From positions 47,616,001-47,680,000 of the forward strand of contig NC_042997.1 of NCBI RefSeq assembly GCF_006345805.1: a DNA stretch of 64,000 bases. The letters are read 5' to 3'. Source of the stretch: Octopus sinensis (Eukaryota). The translations under genes and the position numbers were made by a program. Below are positions 49,610-64,000 of the stretch, piece after piece (the stretch's first letter is position 1; every line of letters starts with the position of its first letter). The notes under the pieces were generated by a model, which had not been told where the DNA came from, made no database searches, and saw only the letters and a list, made by a program, of their open reading frames with translations.

Positions 49610-50337
49610 ATGTATTATACGTGTATGTGTACATATGTAATTGAATCATTTACAGTGTGTACGTCCAAGAATAGAATAGTAAAAGGGATCTTTGCTTAAG
49701 GGTTTTGATTGCAATATACCGTTTATGGTTGTAATAAATATATCTGACTAAATATTCTGCTCTTGCATATACATACACCAAATTGTTCAAAGTGTGTATA
49801 AAAACTGAATGAATTTTGATGGCAAAATAAAGTTTAATACTCCATTGCAATTTGGATATATATGGATTCACACGGACTTCTAAACATTCATTAACTTTTT
49901 GGCCGTTTCAATGGAAATTACCCAAATTAATTAAATCACTTTCTTTTTCTCTCTCCTCTCTATCTCTCTCTCTCTCAGTCTTTCTCTCTCTCAATATTAT
50001 ACATGTGTATCTGTATGTGTGCGTTTATGCGTGAGAGAACGGATACGTGCATGCGTGTCTGTAAATGTGTGTATGTGTGAGGGTGTATTTCACTGTGTGT
50101 ATATGTGCTAATCAATGGATATCTTACGCCATTCTGCCTCTATTTATGGTAAAGTTAACTAATCATTCGTTGAAGATCGATTAAGACCGATAAATAAAGC
50201 ATTAGAAGGGCTAGCAGGAATTAAATACTGCGATAAGAGGGTCGTCACTCTTGAATGTGGCACTCTAACATGGCTGCATTTGTGAGACTGTTTACATGCT
50301 TTACACATACACACACTCACACACACACTCACACACA

Positions 50338-50396
<59 letters not shown>

Positions 50397-52539
50397 TGAT
50401 TGTCTACAGGCTAAAACAAATGAGATGTTGCGGTAAATAATTTCGACTCTGAAATTATATTAAAAAACCGTAGTGTTTAAACAAATAAATTTTTACCACT
50501 CAGTTAGTCTTCAAACCTCATTTCATTATAGTAACGCGAAAGTTATCTTGAATTTATTAGTTTTGTTTCCATAAGCGAAGTCAGGTAGTTTATCAAACTG
50601 CAAAAATTAATGTGTATGCCATTTCGTGACTGCTAGGCTGAAATATGATCATATAAAGCAGCTGGTTTCAGAACGTAAGCAAAATATCTGAATATTTAAT
50701 TGAGACTTACATTCAAAAATTCTGTGATGCTCGTGATATGCATGATTGTGATGATGATGGTGATTATATCATCAACAGTGTCTTCGCTTCAATGTCAAGG
50801 TTGCATATTACGTTACACTTTATCTATTACATTAAAATAAAGCAATATTTCATATAGATAACGATTTATAATGTGGCATATTACATGGTTAGGAGATAAT
50901 ATTTTTGCTATGAATTTGTAAGCTACAATTATAGAGGATATATATATATATATCTTTTAAAGTCATATCTTAGTAAATAAATGCCGTACATATACACATC
51001 CTTGCTATTATGTTAAAATTCTTACGTCAAAATTTGTCCAAATGCGTTTTTTTTTCGATATCTTCTCTTGCTTGCAGTAGCCGGTCCTTTTGGTCAAACT
51101 ATCGTATCTCCAGCTGCTTCAGATGCCAAGATATCAAACGATTGTAGTACAGCTATGGTGAAACTATATTTTCGTTTTCTGGACTTACGACATTTTTGCA
51201 TAATAGTAACGATACGATAGTAACGTACGCGGTCTCACTGATAAATTTAAGATCAATCGTAGTTGTTTTCATGGAGGTTTACTTATTTTAAACTGACTCT
51301 GCTATTCTTTCTTTAGCTTTAATTTCATTTAAGAATATATATGAAATGATAAAAATTTCCAGCGTTTCAGAATAAAAATTAAGAGAACCTCAAGGAATCG
51401 CTGACATTGTGCATCTCCAAATAGCAATACAAAATCTCCTAACAGTGAAATAAATATTATGCTGCAGGCAATAAAAGAAGGCAAAGGATTTTGTTCAGTA
51501 TATTTACTAACACTAGAGAACATTCCGACGAGAAATTCTGCTCGGAATTTTAGATGTCTTCCGTTAACCTAACGACATAGAATTTATTTCTAAGTGCTAG
51601 TTGAATCTTTATATGCTGTTACCTTTATTTCTCCTGCCTAAGCGTTTACTATTTACTATTCCTTATTTCCATTTACTGATAACTTTACTGTTTTATTACA
51701 TTTTATTTTTATTTTCACTTCTCTACTAAATATCAAACGTAATTCAATTCTCAACAGAAGAACACGTATATATTTCTCTGAATGTTTGTATTTAACTTCA
51801 ATTTCGATTTTTATTTCCCGACTTCTTTTTTAGCTATGTGCTTTATAATTTTTTTTATATTTCAAAATAAAGAATGTTTTTACTTTCCGCATTCCTCATA
51901 TTTTTTCAATGCAAATTGTATATTCCATTTGAAAACAGCATGAGTCAGTGAATGTATGATGAACTCTATGTAATGAAGCATTTATTAATAGCTTATACGC
52001 AATAGAATCTAAATAACAATACTTTAGTTGATTTGTAAAGTATTTTACATGTTCTATAGTTGCAAGCGAAATCTGTTATTCACGAATGTATATATTAATG
52101 AATTGTTATATTTTCCATTTTCCTTATGTACCCTGATTGTATTTTCTGATATACCTTTCTTTAGTTCGTATTATATATTTTTGTATTACCGTAGTCAGAA
52201 AAAAAAATTGGCACTGTGCATACGTTTACATTGCGCAAAGAAATAAGGATTTTAATATTTTATCTAGTTAAATAGATATTTTAGCAGGGGAAGCAGGGTC
52301 AAAAATAGAGCTCAAGAGGAATTCGATTAAGTATAAAGTGCAGATTTGGTGAGCGAGGTGTTTTATGCGGGGATATATTGCATTTGGAATAAATGGATCG
52401 TTGTAGGCTTCAATGTACTCAAGTGGAACTGGAGTTAATCAAAACATTGAATGTAACACAACAGTAGTGTATGATCACTGAACACGGTAAACCTCAGAAC
52501 ATTTAGACGTAGCAATTAGTTTAGTAAAGGTAAACTTAC

Positions 52540-52622
<83 letters not shown>

Positions 52623-52937
52623 CTATATATATATATATATATACACACACAAATTATATTTGAGCAAAACATGTATAGCTCTGGTGAGGATATCGATGCG
52701 TTCATCAATCATAACATCCAAGTTAGTAATGATTGCATATATGTTGATCAGAATAGAAATATTTTAATATGAGTACACGATTTCTGCTTACTGTCAGTTC
52801 CAATATAATCTATTAAAGAATATTCCTAGAAATGTTGTCGATCCCAAATATATACTAAAAATCTTCAAAATCCATGAATAATTCTCATATCGATACACAT
52901 ACATTCACAAACACACATTCACAAACACATACACACA

Positions 52938-52987
<50 letters not shown>

Positions 52988-53299
52988 GACAAAAGAGGGT
53001 TGTATTTCCACGCAGGAAAAAATATAGCCATATTTGTTGTTGAAAATGCACCCAGATTCGAAAAACTTGTAATTGTTTTAAAATATATTTACATAAATAC
53101 CAAACTAGTTTCAACAATAATTTTGTTTATGAATGGTAAAAATCTAGAATTAAAAATTAGAAAAACGTTTTTAAAAGTTTCAATGTTGACAAGTTCAAGT
53201 TTTCATAACAGTCAATAATATAAAAACTGTGGATGAAATTGTTTAAATGTACAAATTTCTATAGTGTTAGTAGACGTCGACAAGAAATGAATATCATTA

Positions 53300-54160
53300 A
53301 AGGTTCAGTCATACTGAGTTAAGAGGGAGAAAAACAAGGGAGAAATGCAGAAATCACATTTTCTGTGATTCTCTTTCTGTTGTGTGCAGGAACTTTCACT
53401 TGTAACTGTGTTCTTTTGGAATCCGGTGTATTTATAATTTTTTCCGCGAACAGATATGATTTTTGATTCGTTAAAATACTGGTGACGTCTTGTTTTTCGG
53501 GTGGTCAAGATTGTCGTTCTGCTTGGCTGGCTTCCCTGTAGAGAACGGTCATCAGCCGTTCTAGTTGGTTGAATCTCTTAAAGGGCCATTTTGTTGTATT
53601 TGCTGAAGTTCGGTTTTGATCGGAGGTAAAATTTCATTGATGTAGAGATAGGTGATCTTAGCAACTGGTGTTTATAAAATGCCATTCGTCTAGAGTTAGG
53701 TGACGTCGGCAACTTATATTTGTAGGCATCTGTTGTTTGTTGTGGTTTCGAAACCCGGCTGGGAGACTTGCTAAAGTTTTTAAAAATTGTCTGTTGCACC
53801 TGGTTGTTTTTTGTGAGAAAGTAAGTCTTTATTCCTTTTTCTCTTTAGTATGTTTTCTTCTTTCTAAAGGATATTCAAATGTGGTTTATATTTTTTATTG
53901 AGTATGCTTTCCTTATTTAAACGGAATTGGATTGATATGTTTCTGGTGCATTGATAGAGAGGAAAGATTAGGTAGTTCGGGTTTATGTTTGCGGGGCATT
54001 GGTCTAGGACTTTGTTTACGGGAATATTCCTTATGAGTGGAACTCCTTTCAAAGTGTTGTGCTGCATCAGTTTTGAAGTTTGGATCCCATTAGGTACATC
54101 TATAGTAGTAGGATGGGTCGAAACGACCGTTGTACAAAATAAGGATTAATACCAAAACCA
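53300..54160 (-). mobile_element. Possible decayed Penelope-like element, 5' part
   Basis: Purine-rich ORF-like minus strand (VLDQCPANINPNYLIFPL resembles the PLE N-terminal FL..C....IIP..L.F.L pattern); GGTCGAAACGACC hairpin at the end. Weak. Confidence 0.3.
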
Positions 54161-54198
54161 TCTTCTCGTTACTTTTATTATTATTATCTCAACTAACA

Positions 54199-54420
54199 CT
54201 CTTTTACTCTTTTACTTGTTTCAGGCATTTGTCTGTGGCGATGCTGGAGCACCGCCTTTAGTCGAACAAATCGACCCCAGAACTTATTCGTTGTAAACCT
54301 AGTACTTATCATATCAGTCTCTTTTGCCGATCCACTATGTAAACACACCAGCATCGGTTGTCAAACGATGTTGGGAGGACAAACACAGACACACACATAC
54401 ATACACACACAAATACACAC

Positions 54421-54494
<74 letters not shown>

Positions 54495-54657
54495 GACTGG
54501 CTTCTTTCAGTTTCCGTCTACCAAATCCACTCACAAGTCTTTGGTCGGCCCGAGGCTATAGTAGAAGACACTTGCGCAAGGTGCCACGCAGTGGGACTGA
54601 ACCCGGAACTATGTGCTTCGTAAGTAAACTCCTTACCACACATCCACTCCTACGCCT
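54199..54657 (-). mobile_element. Full-length SINE family C
   Basis: Homologous to 20705-21083; internal (CA)n/(TA)n expansion; (GTAAAAGA)-type tail repeats. Confidence 0.9.
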
Positions 54658-56880
54658 ATTGAAAATATGGAACGCTTCATGAATTTGCGTGTCATCCCTG
54701 CGCGTAGATCCAACGGAAACATGCCCTACTATGGATGAGACCAGGTAGCCGAAACTGTCAGCGCTTTACTCAGCACTTCAACACACTAATCGATATATTC
54801 ACATTAGTCTAAAAATATTACGTACACACACATACAGATACCCATGGAACTTGATTTCAAATGCCCTAGAGGGACTTAGGGAAAAGTAGAAGTGTTAAAA
54901 AATGTAATAATTTGAGAACCAGGAATTATATATCGGATTCGTGTGACAGAAAGTGTTAAGGCAACAGTCAATCACATCTAATAAAAAAACAAATGTGGCT
55001 TCAAACGTGGAAAAGTTACAGAGGCAGTCAGTAATGCCAGGTATCTGTACGAATTGTGGAAGGTATTGTGTAGTACGGTCTTATAAAAATATCCAGACAT
55101 TCCCTACAATCACCAATGCAGCCTGGAAGCGCTGGAGAAGTTAACACGGTGTAAAGTTGTAGAAATCGGTGCTTTCTCATGTGGACAGCTGAAATAATCC
55201 AGCAGTGCAAGCTGCATCTGAACATTACAAACACGTACAAACACACATAGAAAGAGACGACACACAAATGTACTCTTATAAATGCATGCACCACACACAC
55301 ACATACACACTTGTGTATATATGTGTATTATGTATAACTATTGCATATACACGCAGAATTAGACATGGAAACACACATTAATCATTACTTTTATCTTGAA
55401 CACATTTCAACGTAATTTTCTATTTCATTGATTTTTCTGTTAATAGTGATTCTAAATCTGTATCGAGCATGATATTTTTAGATCAACATATTTTGACCCA
55501 TAGAAATAAAATGAAATCTTTTACAATCATAACTTGCAGTCATTTACGCAAATATCAGGGGAATGAAGAATGTACAGAGGCATTTGGCGAGAGAAGATAT
55601 ATGCAAAGTGTTGGCATACGTAACATGAAAACTAAGTGCAGTTTCTGTTATTTATTCGATTAAAGATCTTGTCGAGTTTTTTCGGTTGTATACAGATCAG
55701 TATCTTCACATAGACTCTGCTATTTTCTTGCTTGTACTCGTTAACATCAAGGATTGTGCGCTCACATTTTAGGACACGTTTTGCTAGCAGCTATCATGAT
55801 ATTCCTTATGGTGACACATCGAAAATTATCACTTTTGTCGCCCACAAGACCACATTTTTAAAAAATAAGATTAAAACCCTCACATGGCAGTAAAATGTTT
55901 CTTTTTCTTGAGGAGCGTTCGATATCCTATACCTCCCTGCGACATATGGGATATATGGGATGTATGGCACCCAACAATTTCTATACATATTTGTGTATTA
56001 CCCTTTCTATTCCCTTTACGTCATCAGTTTTCTAACCGTTTTCTTCAAGAGCACTCTACGCAAATTAATTCGACGTCATCTTCTCTCTCCAGGGAAGTCG
56101 TCTGTCTTGTTTCAGAGGGACTTGTTATGCTCTTTTTACGTCATTTGCACACGAGCCGGTTTTTGCACACCTCTTGCTGTAGTTTTTGTTCATGCTCCAA
56201 CTAACAGCAAAGGGGATGCCGAATGTTAGTAAAATTTAAATGGTGATAGTACTGATATGTACAATTTGATTTGTTTTCCTCCTGTTATCATATCATAATT
56301 AATGTAGTTGGCAGCAAGCTTAGCGAAAAACTAATCAGTTGCTACTATATTATTCACCCTAGCTATATGGACTTGCGAAATATATTCCAAGTTTACCTAA
56401 AATATATATAGATTTACTTGTATTTCCTAAATATTCAGTAATATATTTTCTGCTGTCATAAAAATATTTATGATGACATTAAACCGAATTCATTCGCATC
56501 ATGTATCATTGAACATACAACTTATATGGATTATATGCGTGTGTATATGGGCATGTTTGCCTATGCATATATTTGTGTCTATTAGCGTATACAGATATGT
56601 TCTCGTTGGGTTGAAAAGAGAAAGACCTAAAAGCGTCAACATTTGCGAAAATAAAATATTAATTATGTGTGTATAATAAAGACGAATAAAGAGTATGTAT
56701 TCTAAGCAACATTATTTTAGTGTAGCAGGAAACTCAAATTTTTATTATCAAGGAAAGCTTTTGCAGTCGGAGACGAATCAACGTATTATTTGTTTCGTAT
56801 ACTAAGTCAAAAAAGTCTATTTAAATTTAAGCAGTTTCTTTCTTACCCTTTAATTTCTTCTTGGCAAAGACATTGCAACG

Positions 56881-56977
56881 TACACATACATACATACATA
56901 CATACATACATACATACATACATACATACATACATACATACATACATACATACATACATACATACATACATACATAC
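56881..56977. repeat. (ACAT)n microsatellite
   Basis: About 24 near-perfect units. Confidence 0.98.
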
Positions 56978-57163
56978 CCTCATTGTTCATCTAAAAAATA
57001 AACTCTTGGGTGTTGAATATTATTTACATCATTTTAGAGAAGGTAAAAACAGTATAGACATAAAAAAGATCAGCATTATGGGAAGTTGCATTTCACTTCA
57101 TATATGTGTATATGAGAGTTCGTCTGCACACGTGTGTGTATCGGCAGTACAATATACATTTAT

Positions 57164-57225
<62 letters not shown>

Positions 57226-57634
57226 ATATATATTTATATATACGCAGAGCAAGAGAGAGAATGCGCACAATACTTGTGTATGTATGTTAGCATGGGAGAC
57301 TTGAAGAATGAACATATGTCGATCAGTAAGTATCCTTACTTTATATGTTAAATACAAGGTCTCTCAATATGTATCCGAATATTTCGACCGCACTTGATGG
57401 AGCTACATCGAGAAAATTAATCAATAACGGATAGTAAGCGACATGCCACATAAATATATTTTCCTCGTTGCAAGTTGAATGTCATCCTTTCATGTGAATG
57501 AAAACCAGAAGAAGTAGCTCAACTTATCGACTCTTGAGAACAATGTGTACATTACGTTAAGTGAATTGCTTTTAAGGCTTGGTTATAGCAACTCATTGAT
57601 GTAACCATTCATAAATACATGCACACACACACAC

Positions 57635-57732
<98 letters not shown>

Positions 57733-58877
57733 GTGTGTGTGTGTGTGTGTATGTTTGCATTTGCATACGTGTGTATGTCTCCACTCTTAAGCCATCATCC
57801 ATAAACAACGGCGTATGTGCACCCACTTTGTCTCAATTCAAGCATGGCGATTTCCTTCTGTATCTTTGTATTACATATCTCCTTACCCTATTTAGCACAT
57901 ATTTCTTTCTAATTTTAGAATTTCACATTATCTCACTTCAAATCTCTCTCCTCTTATTTTGTCCGTTATTATAAAATGCCCAGCCTTTCCAGAAAATGCG
58001 ATTTCATGCAAGTGTGATTGGGTGATTGTTTGCACGTAAAGGTATTTAGATTTACGTGTGTATTTGTGTGAACATACATCTCTGACTGTCTGTTTATGCG
58101 ACGATGTACGCGTGTATAGTTTTGTGCTTCCATACTGATTTCAGAAATTCCAGATCGGATTTTTCCAGTACCCAATCTTCCAAGATTTCGAGCCTGACAT
58201 GTGTTTCGTAAAAATACAAAAGAGAAAGGGACATGGACTATGAATTTTCCAGGCCCTCAAAGTTTAATACAACTAATATTTTGTTTAAAGTCAACAGCAG
58301 CAGGAAAAACATGTTGATGGAGATGACTCCAGAGGTCTGTTGTCCTGGTGAGAAAGGACTGGTATAATAATACGTGGCTGAGGACGAACGATGCACCATA
58401 TTGAGATGACAATTGGAAAGACGAATGAGATAAAATACCTGAATAATGGAAGCATAAAACCAGGTTGTACTGAAGTACAGAACTTATTATAGTAGCGAAA
58501 GAAACGACACTATTAGAGCGTATCCGTTAAGAAAAATTCGAGTGGTCGAGTGAATTTATTTTGGATGCAATCCAGGGTGGTTGTTTGTTGTTAGAAGCAG
58601 AGGAAAACTTTTTTCAGCCAAGGGAGTTGTAATCCAACGTATTAGCCTCACTTTGGCTATGTTGTGTGTCAGCAACTGATGGCGAACGAAATATATTATG
58701 GTTCTGAAGAGAAGCGCGAATAGGTAGGATACGGTCATGCAGAGGAAGTGATTTCATCGACCGATTTTATCGGAGATAATGATGCACACAAAATAAAAAA
58801 ATCAATGAAAACACAGACCATATTATTCAAAGATAACCTGGCTCCATTTATCCCATTCATATTATTTTCAGATTTTG

Positions 58878-59078
58878 GCTCAAGGACAGCAATTTCACCG
58901 AAGGTGGTTAGTCGATTGCAAATGACCCGAGTAATCAACTGGTACTTATTTTATAAACTTCGGAAGGTTGAACGGCAAATTCAATCTCGGCAGCATTTAA
59001 ACTCAGAACGTAAATACGGACGAAATGCCGCTAAGCATTTTGTTCGGCATGCTAACGTTTCTGCCAGGTCGTTTCTGC
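58878..59078 (-). mobile_element. SINE family A, tail A3-like
   Basis: Reverse-complement family A body and head. Confidence 0.82.
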
Positions 59079-59943
59079 CTTACTATTCGTATTAATGTAC
59101 ATAATATTAAGCAAATGCTTTATTTGATATAAAAGAGGGAGAAGAACATTGAGATGTAAACTCTTGGGAATCAATGATACCAACAGTTGAATTGCAACAA
59201 ATTCCCTAACATAGGGACATAATTTATAACGCAAAACCAGTTCACAATACAACCACTTACAGCTGCATCGAAACAAAAGGAAAATCAGGAGTAATCGCCT
59301 CCCCCCGCCACCGCGTGTGTGTGTGTGCGCGTAATTATAAAGAAGTTACTGTATTAGATTATGTTAGATTATGTTAGTAGCAGTATGTCTGAATATAGTA
59401 TTTTTTCTAATTAATTTATCTGATACTGAAGCGAGAACATGCGCATTCCGTTTCGTCGGGCGTTTCTCTTGATGTCTTTTCAACGGGGGAAGTTTTAATA
59501 ATATACTCATTATTAACGCATGACAAAATATCTTTAATAACAGATTCATTATTGGCAGATAGCGTTGCAAATGTTTGATGAGAAAACCAGTAGATTTCCA
59601 GATTTGTGTATATTTGTTTCCTCGCTAGATCAATAGCGTTTCAAAGTATTATTATACATTGTATGAGAATATTTTATGTTGTGGTAACTATATTTTCAAA
59701 TGACTTTTATTTGTATTTCTGAATGCTCACGCTGCTTGTGCTATCTTTTTAGAATAACGATCCCGGATCCTGAAGGGAGCTTGCCTCTCTTGCCAGTCAT
59801 AAGTGGTTTCATGTTGCTAACAGTTGTTTTGACTCTTTTTTCTAGCCATGCCGGTGCTTACCAGTACCCTTGCTCACCTTAGGTGACGTTTATAGTTCTA
59901 TCTTTCGGTTGTGAATTTGAAAATTTCGAATAAGCCACCTTTA

Positions 59944-60002
<59 letters not shown>

Positions 60003-61587
60003 TCTAATGCTGTTTGCTACTCTTGAGAAAAATTCTCAAAAGACGACAGGCATTGTAACCACAACACTCATTTCCTGGCCCCACATGCGGAGGAACGGTG
60101 AGTGATTTATAGATTCTTAGTTGAAATTAATATCATTGTACCGCAAGAGGGATGACTCTGGAATTCTTTGCTTCTTTATAGTAAATCGATATCAAAACAT
60201 GCATTGATTACGTACAACCCCGGCGTAAGGTAGTTTGTATTCAGTGATGTTTGCCGTTGGGAAAAAGTCTTACTTTAAGCAACAGTCATTTCTGTCAACC
60301 TCTAACGAAAGGGATTAGTTTATTTCTGTAGTGATTTCTTTCACCAATTGCTCCTGCAGGTTTGAATAATTTTTTATTGGTCGTAATTTTATATTAGAAC
60401 GTTGCTCTCTATCATCATTTAACTACTTTTACTGCTTGATAGTTCAGGATCCTGAAAATATTTCCATCTTGTGTTATTTTCATTTTGCGTTGTTGCTTAA
60501 TTCCTTGCTTCGTCACAAAACGACTTTTAGGGTGTGATAATTATTGGGCAGACCTTTGAGTTTTATTCCCTGCCATTTACGATAATATTTTTCTAATTAT
60601 GATCTTGAAAGTGTCCTTTTAAAAAATACTGCCAAAATAATGTTTTAATTTGAGTGGCATATATTTTCAATACCTGAAGTTAAAATATTCTGCTGAAAAG
60701 GCCATTAGATGTCATCCAGCACAGTATGTACCATTGAAACTCACATAAATATGTTGGAAAGCTACAAACGGACAATTTTATATAAAATCTCGCCTTGGAC
60801 AAGATTGTTATCAGCAGAACCAGTTTCAAAATTTCAGCCTAGTTGCATCAAAACGAACACTGTTCGTGCATCAATAAATTATGCAGTGCACACATACAAA
60901 CGGATATAGAGTGTGGGAAATACAAACCGCAAACGAGTTAGATGCTGAGAAAAAGGGAAGCTTGTAATTTATTTGTTTTAAGAGAAGCCGACCCTTTTGA
61001 ACAAATTTACTACTAAACACTCCTATAAAATTTCATACTCAATCAGCTTTCTACATTTTATCTATTTTGAAGTTCAACAGAAATTCTGTCGTAAAATGTG
61101 TTAGTAAAGTAGAACTGAAATTAATATTCAAACTGATTAAGATATTTTATGACCATGTACCTTTGTAACGTTTACTTGAAGTACACAAATTAATTTTTAA
61201 TTTGTTTTAATACATCAAATACTGATATAAGAAATAAACTTTGGTTCAAATGGAGGTGGTGAATAACTTTATAACAGCCTAGCCTTTATCGCAAAATTTT
61301 GCATTCTAGATAAGAAGCAGCCTTTACATATTATTTTTAATCACCATTTCCATATAAAGCTACTAACATATACATATCTATTGCTCAGAAATTACAGCTT
61401 AAAACAAACAAAAAGAAAAGAAAAGAAAAGCAATGTTAACGTTACTATAGATAGAAATAACAGAAATATAGTTCTGGAATTAATATATAATAATGGTGTT
61501 TATATATATGAATATGTAAAATAGCTGGAACATGTTACAGTATGTACGGGTTGACGGTTTCGAAATTTACATAGTACACAATATATA

Positions 61588-61890
61588 TCACCGTGACCGA
61601 CCAGGCTATCAGATGTTGCTACACATTGCTGGTCACAATGCGCTTCGCATTGTTTTAGCCTTCAAATGACGCCACCCCGCAGGCTAAGCGAGCAGGCCAA
61701 CAGAAGAAAGAGTGAGAGAAAGTTGTGGCGAAAGAGTACAGCAGGGATCGCCACCCACCCCCCTGCAGGAGCGTCGTGGAGCTTTCGGTGTTTTCGCTCA
61801 ATAAACACTCACAACGCCCAGTCTGGGAATCGAAACCGCGATCCTACGACCGCGAGTCCGCTGCCCTAACCACTGGGCCATTGCACCTAC
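61588..61890 (-). mobile_element. SINE family B, tail type 1
   Basis: Same head as the other B copies; tail ...GACCAGCAATGTGTAGCAACATCTGATAGCCTGGTCGGTCACGGTGA shared with 1009-1280. Confidence 0.92.
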
Positions 61891-63854
61891 ATACAATATA
61901 TATCAGGTTCGTAAATGTAACCAAAAAGTATGAAAATGAATACCGTATGACGTAAATGCAAAAGGAGAATATATTGTGGTAGAAATATATTCCCCAACTG
62001 GGAATAATACCCGAGGACTTAGAGGATTAAACACTTCTGTTATCGGCTTCTCAGAATGACAACATTGTATGCCGCACATGTTTCTTAGGTTGACAGCTGT
62101 CTCAGTCTTGTAATGCAATTTAAGAAGGACAATGTAATGTCCTAACAAAGAGAAACAGGTACAAAAAAGATTAAAATAATACATGTATCACTATAACTAG
62201 GAACACTAATTAGTATAGCAGGTGATTTCGAACGTCAGTGATAGGATATAATATGTTGGATTCGTTAACATTCCGCAAATATTCGAACGTAAATGAATAT
62301 AAATTCCTGTGTGAAAAGTGCCTGAAAGTAGCAAAGCAGCTTTGCATTCGACGAAGTGCTAAAGTTCAAATGCATAAAATGATACTCTTTTGCATTAATA
62401 TGTACCAGTAACAAAATAACAATGAGTTAATACTAGAGAAATGAGTATATAGGCACGGTGGAAAGCACATAATGGACATTACATCATTTTCAGCTACTAT
62501 AGCTTATTATCGACATGGTAGTGCCAAATGTCTATAATTTTAGGAAAAAGCAAGTTGAAATGGAATGGTATAACATGAAACAAGCTGTTAGACTAAATCC
62601 GTTATGGAAATTAGATGTTTATCAACCAATTTGTAATTTCTATCACTGAAATGATAGCCAGACTCCTTAACAATATTTACAAATTATCTATAATGGACGA
62701 TAGTGGCACATTCGATAAAAAGCCTGGATCTATAAACGTTGTTACCATAATCTTGTACAGCAATTATTAACCTGGAACATACTATTAATACCACTGCAGC
62801 TACTACCACCGTTACAACCACCATCAACGACAACCAATTCTACTGCTACTAATAAAAATAATAATTACAACGTTAGTAATAATAGAAGAGATGAAGAGGG
62901 GAAAAGAAAGAGAGAAGCTAGTGAACAAGTAGAATAATTTGAATTAGAAAAGAATACCTGTATTGAACATAAAGTGAAGAAAGAGTTTGTCAAAAGGGAA
63001 ATTTTCCTTGTAATTTAATGAAAACTCGGAGGAACACGTTAACATTATATATATAATAAAATATGTAACGTAAAACAAAATTTTTACAAAGATAAAAAAA
63101 ATTACCTGAAAGTGCGTAATATTATAGATAATTAGTGGTATTAAAATTTAAATTTATTCACACCCATTTTCTAATTTCAGAGAAAATTATATTAAAAAAC
63201 GACAAAATTAACAAAAGTAAATTTCACGAATATCAGGAGACAAAAAACAAGCTAATGTTGCCAGAATATCAATAGTATTTCCTATGCATTGTTTGCGTTA
63301 GAGAAAGAGTCCCTGACCCAAGCAATTAAAACTGTGTTGGTTTTCTTCCTCTTTAATCTTCCGTTAGTCCAATAGCATTCATGCCTTTACTCTGATCAAA
63401 ATTAAATAAAATTATTATCTTTTGCGGAAAAAAAATAATAGAATTACTACATGGAGTTGATTGGTAAGTTTTCTAATTATACGTTGTGCAAAAGCATGAA
63501 TAATGCAAACTAACTCTCCACGAGCATGCCAAGTTATTTTTGTTTAGTTGGAATGAAAATAGAAATAAAAGGTAGTTGATTAGAGGAAGTTTTCACCATT
63601 CTCTATCTTGACCGATAGATGAAATGAGGCCTGGTCAAATAAGCTCCTTTGCTGAGAAACAAGCCCCAACAATTGATTTCCTTTTTTCATGAGGTATAAT
63701 TTATTGTCCATCACAAATTTTCTTTGATGTAGTTGAAACTGCAACCCATCTAAACGTATATTTATGAATATCAATAACAGGGAACAGTATTACAATAGAG
63801 AATAATAGTGTACATTTTTTTTTATATCTTCGGAGGGTCATTACGCCAATAACA

Positions 63855-63990
63855 ATCCTTTGTACTACGGGTATGTGGCCCGAAATTTTGTGCGAAGTGG
63901 ATAGTCGATTACATCTGCCCTAGTACTCAATTGGAATTCGATTTATCAAGGATGAAAATAGACCGCGGAAAAATTTGAACTGAAAACTCA
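63855..63990 (-). mobile_element. Degraded SINE family A fragment
   Basis: GGCCCGAAATTTTG...AGTCGATTACATC...AATTTGAACT. Confidence 0.65.
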
Positions 63991-64000
63991 GCAATCGGTT

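Noticed and set aside
51060-51230. Good splice acceptor TCTTCTCTTGCTTGCAG at 51077
   Set aside because: No convincing donor before stops in the open frames; peptide not recognised.
59750-60103. Signal-peptide-like MLLTVVLTLFSSHAGA ORF and isolated strong donors (GTGAGT at ~60098; minus-strand GTGAGC/GTAAGC at ~59860-59879)
   Set aside because: The ORF stops 7 codons after the putative cleavage site; the donors lack matching acceptors with a recognisable frame.

Overview
AT-rich, microsatellite-dense eukaryotic intronic or intergenic DNA. The SINE families and repeat content suggest a coleoid cephalopod (Octopus-like) genome; this is inference, no search was run. No host protein-coding exon, rRNA, true tRNA or CRISPR array can be supported, and most ORF-track entries are simple-repeat artefacts. 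The window is a mobile-element graveyard. It holds decayed non-LTR retrotransposons (CR1/L2-group 2.5-4.1 kb, Tx1/L1-clade 7.3-8.7 kb, R4/Dong-like 11.7-12.6 kb), an internally deleted and a non-autonomous Helitron, a pogo/Tigger transposase remnant and two copies of a Merlin-like MITE carrying telomere-like repeats. It also holds more than 30 tRNA-derived SINE copies or fragments in about four families, labelled A-D here, and several fold-back elements with hammerhead-ribozyme-like cores. Most interesting: (1) one SINE-A subfamily has a 3' tail homologous to the 3' end of the Tx1 LINE, is repeatedly followed by GGT, and forms head-to-tail arrays that re-enter at the same nucleotide of the SINE's own tRNA-derived head, consistent with a self-targeting (homing-like) SINE; (2) a second LINE-SINE pair shares a 3' hairpin with compensatory changes; (3) a ~550-bp palindrome carries a near-canonical type I hammerhead as an asymmetric bulge.
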